Of a DNA stretch of 64,000 nt, positions 34,640 through 46,239 are shown one piece after another (position 1 is the stretch's first letter; the number at the start of each line of letters is the position of its first letter). The notes under the pieces are model-generated. The model worked only from the letters and a program-made list of their open reading frames with translations, was not told the origin of the DNA and ran no database searches. The stretch lies in NCBI RefSeq assembly GCF_028641065.1, contig NC_073390.1:18414001-18478000 (forward strand). The letters are read 5' to 3'. A program made the position numbers and the translations under genes. This DNA comes from Leucoraja erinacea. Its lineage: Eukaryota.

Positions 34640-34960
34640 AAGAGTCAGAGTCAAGAGTGTTTACAATACAATACAATGTTTATCGTCATATGTTCCAGAT
34701 AGAACAATGGTATTCTTACTTGCAGCAGCACAACTGTATATGTAAACATAGTAGTCTGTAACCAATATAATAAAGGGATAACAATTTAAGTGTGAATAAT
34801 CATGCACATAAATACAAACAAACACTAATAATGCAAAAAGTCAAAACCAATGTACTCAAGTCTATGTAGTTCTGAACTTATTTCGAAGTTGTAGTGTTTA
34901 ATAGCCAGATGGCTGTGGAGAAGAATCTGCTCCTGAACCTGGACATTACAGTTTACAGGT
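34640..34960 (-). mobile_element. Rex1/Babar-type 3' end
   Basis: caagagtcagagtcaagagtg tail; minus-strand ccaggttcaggagcagattcttctccacagccatctggctattaaacac matches the + copy at 4477-4525. Confidence 0.65.
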
Positions 34961-35294
34961 CATTCACACTCTCCACTGTTTAGGAGAGACAAGAGTTGGT
35001 GAAAAAGCTAAATAACCCCACAAATAACTGGCCAGGCTTCTGACGCAGTCTATGCAAGAGCAATGTTCCTTGTGAAAAGGGAGTTTGTGGCAGGAGATTA
35101 ACAAGAAGATGTGAAAAAAGGGCATAAAGGCATTCTATGAATGGCCATACATTTGAGAGTCTTGCTATGCAGCCAAATTCCCTTTGCAGCTATGAATCAA
35201 AGGTTGTATTTATCAAAGTTTGGAAGCGTCCCACTTTGTTGGTATAACTTTGCTAGATTTTGTTAATGCAGCAGTGAGCAGCAAAGTTTTCCTT

Positions 35295-35560
35295 ACTTTA
35301 GAGATACAGCACAGAAACAGGCCCACTTCGGCCCATTGAGTCTGCACCAACCAACGATCACTGCTTACACTGGCCCACACATTTTTTACCGAAGCCAATT
35401 GACCTATAAATCTGTACATGTTTAGAGTGTGCGAGAAAACCCACGCGGTCACAGGGTTCAACGTGCAAACTCCGTACAGAGAGCACCCATAGTCAGGATC
35501 GAATCTGTGTCTCTGGCACTGTGAGGCAGCAACTCCTCTACAGCGCCACCGTGCCACCTC
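35295..35560 (-). mobile_element. V-SINE
   Basis: gtcaggatcgaatc B box and cagcgccaccgtgccacc head, on the reverse complement. Confidence 0.8.
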
Positions 35561-36699
35561 ATCAATGCACCATACCTCTACCGTGCAACCAGAGAATCAT
35601 GAGACAATGATTCTGACAAAAGGGTGTCTGTGATTTTGATCGACAGAACACCGTTTGTTACCTACTTGAGGTTTGCCTTCGAATTGTGCATAGGTGCCAG
35701 CACTCCTCTCAGTCAAAAGGGAAGCAAACTGCTGAAGGAACTCAGCAAGCCAGGCAGCATCTGAGGAGGAAAATGGACTGACAGCACTTCAGGTCATAAG
35801 GTCATAAGTCATAAGGAATAATAGTAGAATTAGGCCATTCAGCCCATCAAGTCTACTCCACCATTCAATCATGGCTGATCTATCACTCTCTCCTAACCCC
35901 ATTCTCTTGCCTTCTCCCCATAACCTCTGACACCTGTGCTAATCAAGAAAGTTGGGACCATTTTCAGTCTAAAGAAGGTTCCTGGCTCAAAATGTCATCT
36001 GAAATCCTCCAGCACCTTGTTTTTGTTCAACATCCTCGCATCTGCTGTCTCCTGTGTCCTCAAATTCAGGGTCATTCCTCTCTGTCAACAAACTTGCTGA
36101 AAGATCTTACAAAGGTACCTCAACTGTGATTTACAAACATCATTTTTCTGGAATTGAGTATTGTTAGGAAGATCATAATTTATTGTCCATACCCAAATGC
36201 CTTTGAGCTACAGTCTTGAACCATTATCATATTTGCCACCCCCAGCAACCCATTCCAAGCACCCACCACCTTTTGTGTAAAATAAATTCCCTGCACATCC
36301 CCATTAAACCTTACCATTCCCTGCACATCCCCATTAAACCTTACCCCTCTCACCTTAAAGCTAGGCCCTCTAGTATTTGACATTTCCACCCTGGGAAAAA
36401 AGTTCAGACTCTCGACACTAAATAGGCCTCTCATAATTTTATATACTTCCATCTGAAGATAAATCCTTGTTAATGATAAGTGTTAAGTCATCTAGAAATA
36501 TGGAACATTTATTAGCACTGTATTTTTCAGAATTTTGCACAAATCAATTTAGTGTGACAAAGTCTGAACACAATGGCTTTGATTTTTGCAACTTTAATTT
36601 GGAGGAAGATTCCGCTCATTAAATGTTGGATATCAGACCAGCAGACAGTTTAGAGATAGTGGAATGTTCAAAGGAGATGATGATAATGCAAAATGGGTG

Positions 36700-36965
36700 G
36701 CATGATCCTGACCTCGGGTGCTGTCAGTGTAGAGTTTCCACATTCTCCCTGTGACCACATAGGTTTTCTCTGGTGCTCCAGTTTCCTCCCATATCTCAAA
36801 GACATGTGGGTTTGTAGGTTAATTGGCCTGTGTAAATAGCCTCCAATGTTGTAGGGAAATGTGAATGTGAAAGTGGAATAACATAGAACGGGTGATCGAT
36901 GGTCAGCATGGACTCAGTGGGCCAAAGGGTCTCTTTCGATCTTGTATGTCTGATCTAAACTAAAC
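36700..36965 (+). mobile_element. V-SINE, 5' degraded
   Basis: ggtgctccagtttcctccca V-domain and a ctaaactaaac tail. Confidence 0.75.
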
Positions 36966-37454
36966 ACAAAGAAGAAACTAGATTATTCCTGGAAACATGA
37001 CATCTAAATTGGTTACATTACCCTTAAAGACATTAAATTTATCTAAGCCATGGAAATAACTGTAGGTAGCTACAAACCAAATTTTGTGCAGTGACAGCTA
37101 TTTTTAAAATTGAATAATTCTGTAGTACATCTAGCAGAGCAAAAAATATCCAAAGCAATTTTATTACATTTCTTTGACATGACATGACATTACAACATTA
37201 ACCGTCTATCCTCCAAAGAAGTGAATAGTCCACAGATTTACAGTATATACAGGTTGAAATGTTAGAAGTTGCTGGAAATGGATGAGTGAGTAGAATTAGT
37301 GAAGTTTTGTGTCACTTGATTCCTTTCATTTTTTTGAATACCATCAGGTATAAAAATGGTATTCAAAAGTAATCATGCTGACCAATCAATGCTTCTTTGG
37401 TTTAGGCTTCAAAACTTAAGTGTGCTCCAATTTAGTAATTCAGCAGATCCAATG

Positions 37455-37732
37455 TGTTAATTAAGGGACAGAAGTTTAGGGGTAATATGAGGGGGAACTT
37501 CTTTACTCAGAGAGTGGTAGCGGTGTGGAATGAGCTTCCAGTGGAAGTGGTGGAGGCAGGTTCATTGGTATCATTTAAAAATAAATTGGATAGGCATATG
37601 GATGAGAAGAGAATGGAGGGTTATGGTATGAGTGCAGGCAGGTGGGACTAAGGGGAAGAAAATTTGTTCGGCACGGACTTGTAGGGCCGAGATGGCCTGT
37701 TTCCGTGCTGTAATTGTTATATGGTTATATGG
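37455..37732 (+). mobile_element. CR1 LINE 3' fragment with (ATATGGTT)n tail; same subfamily as 47065-47253
   Basis: NFFTQRVVAVWNELPVEVVEAGSLVSFKNKLDRHM. Confidence 0.9.
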
Positions 37733-38100
37733 TAGAAAAGAACTGCAGATTGCAGAGAAGGGACTCCAACTATGGAGTTTGAACCTATGACCATGTGGGT
37801 TTTCTCCAGATGCTCCAGTTTCCTCCCACAATCCAAAGACATGTAGGTTTGTAGGTTAATTGGCTTCCGTAAATTGTCCCTAATGTGTCGGATAGTGCTA
37901 TTGTACAGGGTGATCGCTGGTCGGTGTGGACTCGGTGGGACAAAGAGCCTGTTGCCACTTTATCTCTAAACAGTGAAGTAAAGTCTAAAGAATTTTTTTT
38001 TTCAATTCAGCCCAAATCACATATCCCTATATTCTGTCTGAACTCTCTGGTCCTAGACTCCCACAAAGTTGAAAATCCTCTAAGCGTTCACCCTGATAAA

Positions 38101-39210
38101 ATATGGGTATGCTGACGATCTGGCCATCCTGATGAGGCACAAAAAATGGAAGACAATCGAAAGCTCCTTGAGTTAAGACATGGGGACTCTGGCAGCATAC
38201 CTACGACAGTGGCATTTAAAGCTGAGCGAAGGCAAAACAGTGTCAACAGCATTCCATCTAAACAACAAGGAAGCTAAGCGAGAGCTAGATGTCTTCGTTA
38301 ACAATAGGCTCTTGGACTTCCAACAAACACCGACGTACCTCGGCGTAAAGCTGGACAGGTCGATTACACTTCGTCAACACCTGGCTGGTCTCCACGACAA
38401 GGTCATGGCACGTAGCAGCCTAATCCTCGGCCTGGAAGGAACAAGTTGGGGAGCCAGTCTATCAACTCTTCGCACCTCTGCCTTAGGTCTTGTGTATGTC
38501 CCAGCTTAGTACAGCGCACCCATATAGAGTAGGAGCAGACATACTAGCCTGGTAGACACAAGCCTGAACAGCACCTTGTGAACCATCACTGGGTGCCTTC
38601 AACCTACTCCAGTCGAGCAGCTACCTATACTTGCAGGCATTCCGCCTGCAGGGATCCGATGGCAAGCAGCAACTCTGGCACTATCTCTTCGTGCCATGGA
38701 CCCAGATCACCTCCTCCATCAGGCTATCAGCAGAGAGTATAGGCCACCCCGACTGAATTCCCGTCACCCCTTTGCTCCACTTGGAAAACAACTCCTAGCA
38801 TCCATCCAGCCAACTGAGACAAAAGCACACTAGATAACCACCAAGTGGTCACATGAGTGGAAGGCAACCTCATCTCCATTACACAGCTACATCTCTTCAC
38901 CAGATAAAAGCTGTCCAGGGTCAGACCTCCCCAGAGGAGCATGGGTGAAACTCAACAGACTTTGTACTGGAGTTGGGCGTTTCAATGCCAGCATGTGGAG
39001 ATGGGGGCTCTGCCAGAGCCCAGCCTGTGAATGCGGAGCAGAACATCAGGCAGCCAACCATGTCATATTTGAGTGCCCGCTCTACCACCCACCAAATGGA
39101 ACTCAGTGCCTGGCAGACATTGACGCGGAGACAACAACCTGGCTGCTCAACACCCGGCTTGAGATCTAACTATTCTTTTGGTTTATTTATGTTTCATTCG
39201 CAAGAAGAAG
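38101..39210 (+). mobile_element. Vingi/Ingi-type LINE, 5'-truncated, inserted in an old minus-strand CR1
   Basis: YGYADDLAIL, STAFHLNN, TYLGVKLDRS, TLRTSALGLV, WVKLNRLCTGVGRF...CECGAEHQAANHVIFECP (CCHC); (GAA)n tail; candidate TSD atatgg at 38101-38106 and 39211-39216. Confidence 0.8.
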
Positions 39211-39594
39211 ATATGGCATCAACAGTGCCTTGTACAGTTGCAGAAAGACTTCCTCACATTTATACTGCAAACCTCTTGAAATAAAAGCCAATATTCGGTT
39301 CACTTTCCTATTTATCCGCTCTCCCATCTACTAACCTTCCACATTGCATATGTGAAGATTTTAGTGCTGTGCCCCACTGCAGAATTTGTCCATGTTTTAT
39401 CACTCTTCCTTCCAAATTGAACAATTTTACATTTTCCATATTATTCTCCATTTGCTGATCTTTTTCCCATTCAATTAACCTATTTATATACCTCTGCGAA
39501 CTCTTTGTCTCTTTCTCTCAGTTTGCCTCCCACCGACCATTGTATCAGCCGCAAACATGGCTACAGTACCTCACTTTCACAAAATCAATAATAT

Positions 39595-39895
39595 GCAACA
39601 GTGGAGCAGCAGTAGAGTTACTGCCTTACAATGTCAGAGAACTGGGTTCGATCCTGACTACGGGTGCTTCCGTACGGAGTTTGTACGTTCCCCCTGTGAC
39701 TGCATCGGTTTCCTCCCGGTGCTCCAGTTTCCTCCCACATTCCAAGGACGAGCAGGTTCATAGGTGAATTGGCTTGGGTAAACATAGTAAATTGTCCCTA
39801 TTGTGTAGGATAGTGCTAGTGTATGGGATGATCGCTTGTTGGCGTGGACTTAGTGTTGTATCTTTCTATGCTGTATCTCTAAAATCTAAAGTGTA
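39595..39895 (+). mobile_element. V-SINE
   Basis: gggttcgatcctgactacgggtgc B box and V-domain. Confidence 0.8.
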
Positions 39896-39959
39896 AAGAC
39901 CAAAATATATTGTAAATAGCTGTACTCCCAGGACTTATTCCAAAATGGCTAAGTGAATT

Positions 39960-40325
39960 TAGAGTCATAGAATCATGCAGCTTTGGCCCAACTTGCCAAA
40001 TGACCAACATGCCCCATCTACATTAGTCCCACCTGCCTTTGGCCCATATCCCTCCAAACTAACCCTATCTATATACCTAACTAAATATTTCTTAAAGTAC
40101 CTGCCTCAACTACCTCCTCCAGCAGCTCAATCCATATACCCACCACCCTCCCATTAAATCTTTCCCACCTCACCTTAAACTTATGTCCTCTGGTTCTCGA
40201 TTCCCCTACTCTGGACAAAAGAGTCTATTCCTCTCATTATTTTGGACACTTCTATAAGATCACCCCTATCCTCTTGCATTCCAAGGAATAAAGCCCTAGC
40301 CTGCTCAAGCTCTCCCTGTAGCCCC
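39960..40325 (-). mobile_element. CR1 LINE 3' fragment
   Basis: Minus-strand YRESLSRLGLYSLE and a tagagtcatagaatcat tail. Confidence 0.75.
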
Positions 40326-41330
40326 ATGCAGGGGTGATAGAAGAGAAATTAATGGAAGAAATGAATGCCTTCAAAATAGTGCTGGATAAGAACTTAAGAA
40401 TATGGGTTAGTGAGAACTTAAGAATAGAAAATATGACAGATGCAGCTACACTTGGAGCCGGACTAGATTTGCTGAACAGAAAGGGTTCCTTCTGAGCTAC
40501 AGCAGCAATATACTGCAATGATTCTTCCTCATTGAATCCAAGTATCTAAGGCAGAAAGAAAATGAATAATGTTGACGAGGGATTTGATGTTGTCGTTGAA
40601 CAATAATGCAAAAATGATTTTTTTTGCCACCATCAATGATCCTCACTTCGAAGATTACAATAAAGTGGAAAATATCGTAAAAATGAATAAGCTATACTGC
40701 ACAAATAACCTTTAGTGAGAAAAGCAACCAATATAAATCTTCAGATTGTAAAACACACTAAACATTTCTCTTGTGTATGTGTGTTTTAAAAATAACCCTG
40801 TAATTTTCTTGTTCACATATCAGAAAAAGGATGAGAATAAGCCTGTAATTTTCATCCTTTAACATCTTTCCTATATTGTTTTTAATTACAAACATCATTA
40901 CTGGTTTCCCACCTATGTAATCCACTCACCTATGTCATTTGTTGTTTGTGACAATTCATTCATGGACTGCACTTCAGTTAAACCATTACCTCTTTTCTCT
41001 AAATAAAGACATTTTCGTAATACATAAAGTGAACAATACACAGTTGGAACTGCAGTGGCAAGGTCTTAGAGATTGTTGCACTCATTATTTCTCAGACAAC
41101 TTAAGATAGCATAAACTGCACGTGGAATGCTATATAATATATCTTTACAGGACAACTAATATTGCTTCATCTTAACAAACATTGTGAGGATGTCATGAAT
41201 TCATAAGTTCATAAATTATAGGAGCAGAATTAGGCCACTCAAGTCTACTCCACCATTCAGCCAGGGCTAATCTATCTTTCCCTTTGAACCCCATTCTCCT
41301 GCCATCTCTCCATAATCCATGACACCCTTA

Positions 41331-41576
41331 TGCCCCTGTCCCACTTAGGAAACCTGAACGGAAACCTCTGGAGACTTTGCGCCCCACCCAAGGTTTCCGT
41401 GCGGTTGCCGGAGGTTCCAGGTGCTTGTCGGAGGTTGCAGGTGCTTGTCGGAGGTTGCAGGTAGTGGAAGCAGGTAGGGAGACTGACGAAAACCTCCGGG
41501 AACCGCACGGAAACCTTGGGTGGGGCACAAAATCTCCAGAGGTTTCCATTTAGGTTTCCTAAGTGGGACAGGGGCA
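41331..41576. mobile_element. Near-palindromic MITE inserted in a CR1 3' fragment (~41195-41750)
   Basis: ~85-bp inverted arms starting tgcccctgtcccacttaggaaacct and ending aggtttcctaagtgggacaggggca; central 20-bp tandem caggtgcttgtcggaggttg. Confidence 0.9.
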
Positions 41577-42124
41577 TCTAATCAAGAATCTGTCAATCTG
41601 CACCTTAAAAATACCAAGTGACTTAGCCTCCACATCTGTGGCAATGAATTCCACTGATTCACTACCCTATGATTGCAGAAATTCCTTCTCATCTCCATTC
41701 TAAAGTTATGTTTCTGGATCTATGGCCTCTGGTCCTAGACTCTCCCACCAGTAACAGGTCAAAAACCATTTGAGGAGGTAAATGGATGGTCGATGTTTCT
41801 TGTCGAGACCCTGGATCAGTCTTGACAAGTCGACCATTCCTTTGCTTCTACTGATGTTGCTTAACCTGCTGAGTTCCTCCAGCAGGTTATTATTTGCTCC
41901 AGATTCCTGCATCTGCAGTCTCTAGTGTCTCTCTTGCATTATCTTAATTTTCATTGACTAGACTTTTTAGTGGTCCCAGAAGATATACTTCTGTCAGCAA
42001 CCCCAGCTATGAGAAGAACTGTCCAGGTTTGTGGCCTCATTAAGTTCATTTTCATCATGGCTTGTTCAGGAGGTTAATCCTGTCAGTGCTCTGGCAGTTT
42101 ACCACATGAGTAATTGCAAACGTA

Positions 42125-42968
42125 GAATTTGGGGAGAGTCGGTGGGGGCGTTACGAGTCGGCTGTCATGCCAGCAGCGTGTTCGTCATTTTTTTGTTTTT
42201 TTAGTGTGGCTAAATGTGTGTTTTAACGTCTCTTGGTGTGTCTTGTGTGGGGGAACCGCTTTCGGTCACCTCCTCCACGGAGAGGCGACTTTCTCCATGT
42301 TCCCTCCCTCGCGACCTAATACCGTGGATTGGTGCGGCCTTTCCCGGAGTTGGGCACGGAGTTTAAGCAGAGGGCACAGCGTGGACTTTTCATCACAGAG
42401 CGGGCGAGCCCTTGCCGGGGTCGCCAGAAGGGAGTGCTCCTGATCGCTGGCCTGGGGACTGTTACAGCCTGAAGCCACGGTCTGCAGAGCTTCTAGCCAC
42501 GGGCGCGGCATCTGGAGCCTGGAACACTTCACTAGGGATCGCCGGAGAAGAGCTGCGGAGGTTCTAGCCGCCGACGTGGCGTGGACTTATCATCCGGAGA
42601 AGGATCCCTCACCAGGGATCCCCGGAGAAGAGCTCCGACTGCTGGCCTGCGGCCTACAACGTCATGAAGCCTCGGTCTCCGGTAGGGAAGCGCCGATTCG
42701 GGACTTACCGTCCCGACGACAGGGCCTGTACATCTGGCCACCCGTAGCGGCGACTGCGGAGGTTTATGGCCCCGACCACGGGAGAACAATGGAGGAGGAC
42801 TGACTGTACTTTGAACCTTCCACCTCAGTGAAGAATGCTGTGGTGGATGTTTGAGTTACATTTTATTGTGTATTTTGTGTTCTTTTTTGATTGTACCACT
42901 GCTGGTAAATTAATTTCACTGCACTTTATTGTGTATGTGATGAATAAAACTAATTGATTGAGTGATTG
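42125..42968 (+). mobile_element. CpG-rich non-coding retroposon-like element with (TTGA)n tail
   Basis: Internal duplicated ttctagcc...ca(c/t)agggatc.ccggagaagagct units; 3' end gtgatgaataaaactaattgattgagtgattga; 3' part shared with 23620-24200. Confidence 0.55.
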
Positions 42969-43192
42969 AAAATTGTATTAAAAAAATAGGATCGTTTTAG
43001 TGAATGGTGATTGTCACATAAGAGATAAGCCTGTCCCGGGCACTTTATTTTATGGACAGGGAGGACTATCCATGTTCCATGTACAATTAACACCACAATG
43101 GACTAAATAACTATGTAAGCTTGACATACTGTACAGGCAGCAGCAAATGGGCTATCCATCATTTACATCTCCTTTGATATTAATTTCCATTA

Positions 43193-44170
43193 AATAGACA
43201 ATAGATGCAGGAGTAGGCCATTCGGCCCTTCGAGCCAGCACCGCCATTCAATGTGATCATGGCTGATCATCCCAATCAGTACCCTGTTCCTGCCTTATCC
43301 CCATATCCCCTGACTCAGCTATCTTAGTCCTATCTAGCTCTCTCTTGAAAGTATCCAGAGAAATGGCCTCCACATTGAATGACGGTGCTGAGGCAGAGAA
43401 TTCCACAGACTCACAACTCTGTGAGAAAAAGTGTTTCCTCGTCTCTGTTCTAAATGACTTACCCCTTATTCTTAAACTGTGGCCCCTGGTTCTGGAATCC
43501 CCCAACACCGGGAACATGTTTCCTGCCTCTAGTGTGTCCAAACCCTTAACAATCTTATATGTTTCAATAAGATATCCTCTCATCCTTCTAAACTCCAGAG
43601 TGTACAAGCCCAGCCGCTCCATTCTCTCAGCATATGACAGTCCTGCCATCCCGGGAATTAACCTTGTAAACCTACGCTGCACTCCCTCAATAGCAAGAAT
43701 GTCCTTCCTCAAATTAAGGGACCAAAATTGCACACAATACTCCAGGTGTGGTCTCACCAGGGCCCTGTACAACTGCTCTGTACACAGGGCCTTGTACAAC
43801 CCTGTACAACTGCAGAAGGACCTCTTTGCTCCTATACTCGACTCCTCTTGTTATAAAGGCCAACATGCCATTCGCTTTCTTCACTGCCTGCTGTACCTGC
43901 ATGCTTACTTTCATAGACTGATGAACAAGGACCCCCAGATCCCGTTGTACTTCCCCTTTTCCCAACTTGATGCCATTTAGATAGTAATATGCCTTCCTGT
44001 TTTTTATACCAAAGTGGATAACCTCACATTTATCCACATTAAACTTCATCTGCCATGCATCTGCCCACTCGCCCAACCTGTCTGTCACCTTGCATTCACA
44101 TAGCATCCTCCTCACAGTTCACACTGCCATCCAGCTTTGTGTCATCTGCAAATTTGCTAATGTTACTTTG
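43193..44170 (-). mobile_element. CR1 LINE 3' ~1 kb
   Basis: WQMKFNVDKCEVIHFG, RPHLEYCVQFWS, RRMRGYLIETYKI; aatagacaatag tail. Confidence 0.92.
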
Positions 44171-44999
44171 ACATTGGAGTTGGAGATAAGAACTCTTCTG
44201 CATGTTTCCTACATTCCTCTTCATTTCTGAACTACTCTACCTCTCACCTTCTCAGAGCAGACTTACACTCGCACCACCACTTTCACAAAAGCTCATTCTC
44301 ATATTTAAGGCCATTTATCCCATCCTATCTCTTGTCTACCCTTTCCCCTTCCAAATTATCTGCTTCAAGAGTTCTGGATTCTTGTTTCTTAGTCCTACTA
44401 TCAACCAGCTAGCCTCTACATTTAATTACTGCCTTCTCAAGAGAGGGTTGAGAAAGCACTTCTGTCTCCATGGCAATACCAAGTAAGGTTAAGGCATCAA
44501 GTGCTCCCCAGCTTACTCTCTCTTTCACCCTACATCATATAATTTGAAAGATTACTTTCTCTTGCTAAGTAATTATCTGGAAGTAGGCAGTAATGGGTTC
44601 TCTAAAGCTAGACAGCTATCTCATTTAAAGACAAATAAACAGCTGATATATTTGGAAGCTTCACCTTCAATGCCTATTCCACATGCCAACCTTAGGCAAA
44701 ATGGCCTGCGATGTGTTTCAGGTGGCACTCTATGCGGGCACTGTTATGTGGCACTATGATGTGTAATGCTTGATGCATCTTTAAGTGCCAGTTACAAATT
44801 TAACCTGAAACATTTGGACAGGTGTGAAAGATTGCCTGTGTTTCTCTTGCTCTTCCTCTGCATACTTATTGGCTGAATATCAGTTGTGAAACTTGGCTTG
44901 ACGTTTCCTCAAGCGTTCGGATTTCTTCCACATTTGCTCCTGTGCTGCTTGCTGTAATGGGGAGCTTTTTTATTCTTTGGGAAGGAGATGGAAGCAGGC

Positions 45000-45350
45000 A
45001 GTATGGGGCTTGGGAACTATGAGGTTGGAGGCAGCGGAGGGGAGATCAACAGAGGTGGTGAGATTAGTGATGGTCTGGGTGATGATAGCCTGGAATTCAT
45101 TTTGTGGTGTCATGGTGAATGGGTACATATAAGGTGATGTCTGGGAGCTGGTGCCTGGCCTCAGCGTAGTAGAGGTCAGCCTGCCAGATTACAAAGGCAC
45201 CTCCCTTGTCGGCGGGTTTGATAAAAAGGTTGAGATAGTTATTGAGTGTGTGGAAGAGCACTGTGCATTCAGAGGGGGTGAGATCGGAGTGGATAGGGGG
45301 AGTGGAGAAGTAAAGATGGTTGATGTTGCACTGGCAGTTTGGAAATAAAA
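45000..45350 (-). mobile_element. Old Penelope-like RT-region fragment
   Basis: Minus-strand IKPADKGGAFV.WQADLYYAEARHQL, homologous to 46760-46845. Confidence 0.7.
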
Positions 45351-45789
45351 ATGTCCAATGGGGATAAGATCTTGCCGTAAATATTGGTTGTAATCATAGA
45401 ACGGAAATGCTTCCCAACAGTGACAATTTGCCATATCTGTACTTCAACACAGCTAAAGCATTATTCATAATGAATAATGGAACGCAACTGCATCCCCACT
45501 GGTCACAGTCGCCACATTTAAAAGATTAGCATGAGTTGGTCGGCTCATGCCATTGGGAGAACTTCCCTCCCTAACTGCATGAAAGATCAGCAAAAGAAAA
45601 CAATTGCAATTATAGTTTGGCCTTGATCATGAATTTGCCCAGCAGACTTGAATTTAAAGAGTTGTAGGCCCAAATTGTGAATTAAGTAGAGTTTTGGAAA
45701 ATATGGTTTTCAGATAAAACATGGAGAAATTAAGCTAGCTTTTCAATACCATTCCTCATGAGGAATTTAAAGAGGGGTAAGTATGTGAT

Positions 45790-45950
45790 AGAGACAAAAC
45801 GATGGAGTAAAAGAAGGTCTGAAGAAGGGTTCCGATCCAAAGCATCACCTAGTCCTTTTCTCCAGAGATGCTGCCTGACCTGCTGAGTTACTCCAGCATT
45901 TTGCATCTATCTTCAGTGTAAGCCAGCATCTGCAGTTCCTTCCTACACAC
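45790..45950 (+). mobile_element. Penelope-derived short element
   Basis: aggt-CTGAAGA-AGGGTTCCGATCC-aaagc-ATC-acct (stem I aggt/acct is complementary; GAAA is degenerate), then the gatgctgcctgacc...ccagcatctgcagttcc tail. Confidence 0.75.
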
Positions 45951-46239
45951 TAAGCATGTGATAATTAACCGATGTGATGTTGCTTGGTTTTGCACTTTCA
46001 TTTGATTACCACTGAAGAGGAAAGAAACAGAAAGATGTATGTAGATTCACAAATCTTAAAATTGATAGAGAAAACTTTGACAGAATTCTGCTATTTATGC
46101 AAACATAAATCTGTGAGGGATGTTGAAACAATGCAAGATTGGTTATGTCACAGTTGGAATATTGCATGTGGTCTGGGCACCCCATTGTAGGAAAGCTATC
46201 TGAGAAATGGAAAGGCACTGCAAATATTCACTACAACAA

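Noticed and set aside
36287-36346. 30-bp tandem duplication in a CR1 fragment (similar slips at 43758-43812 and 52069-52108)
   Set aside because: Ordinary slippage-type duplications in or beside dead repeats.
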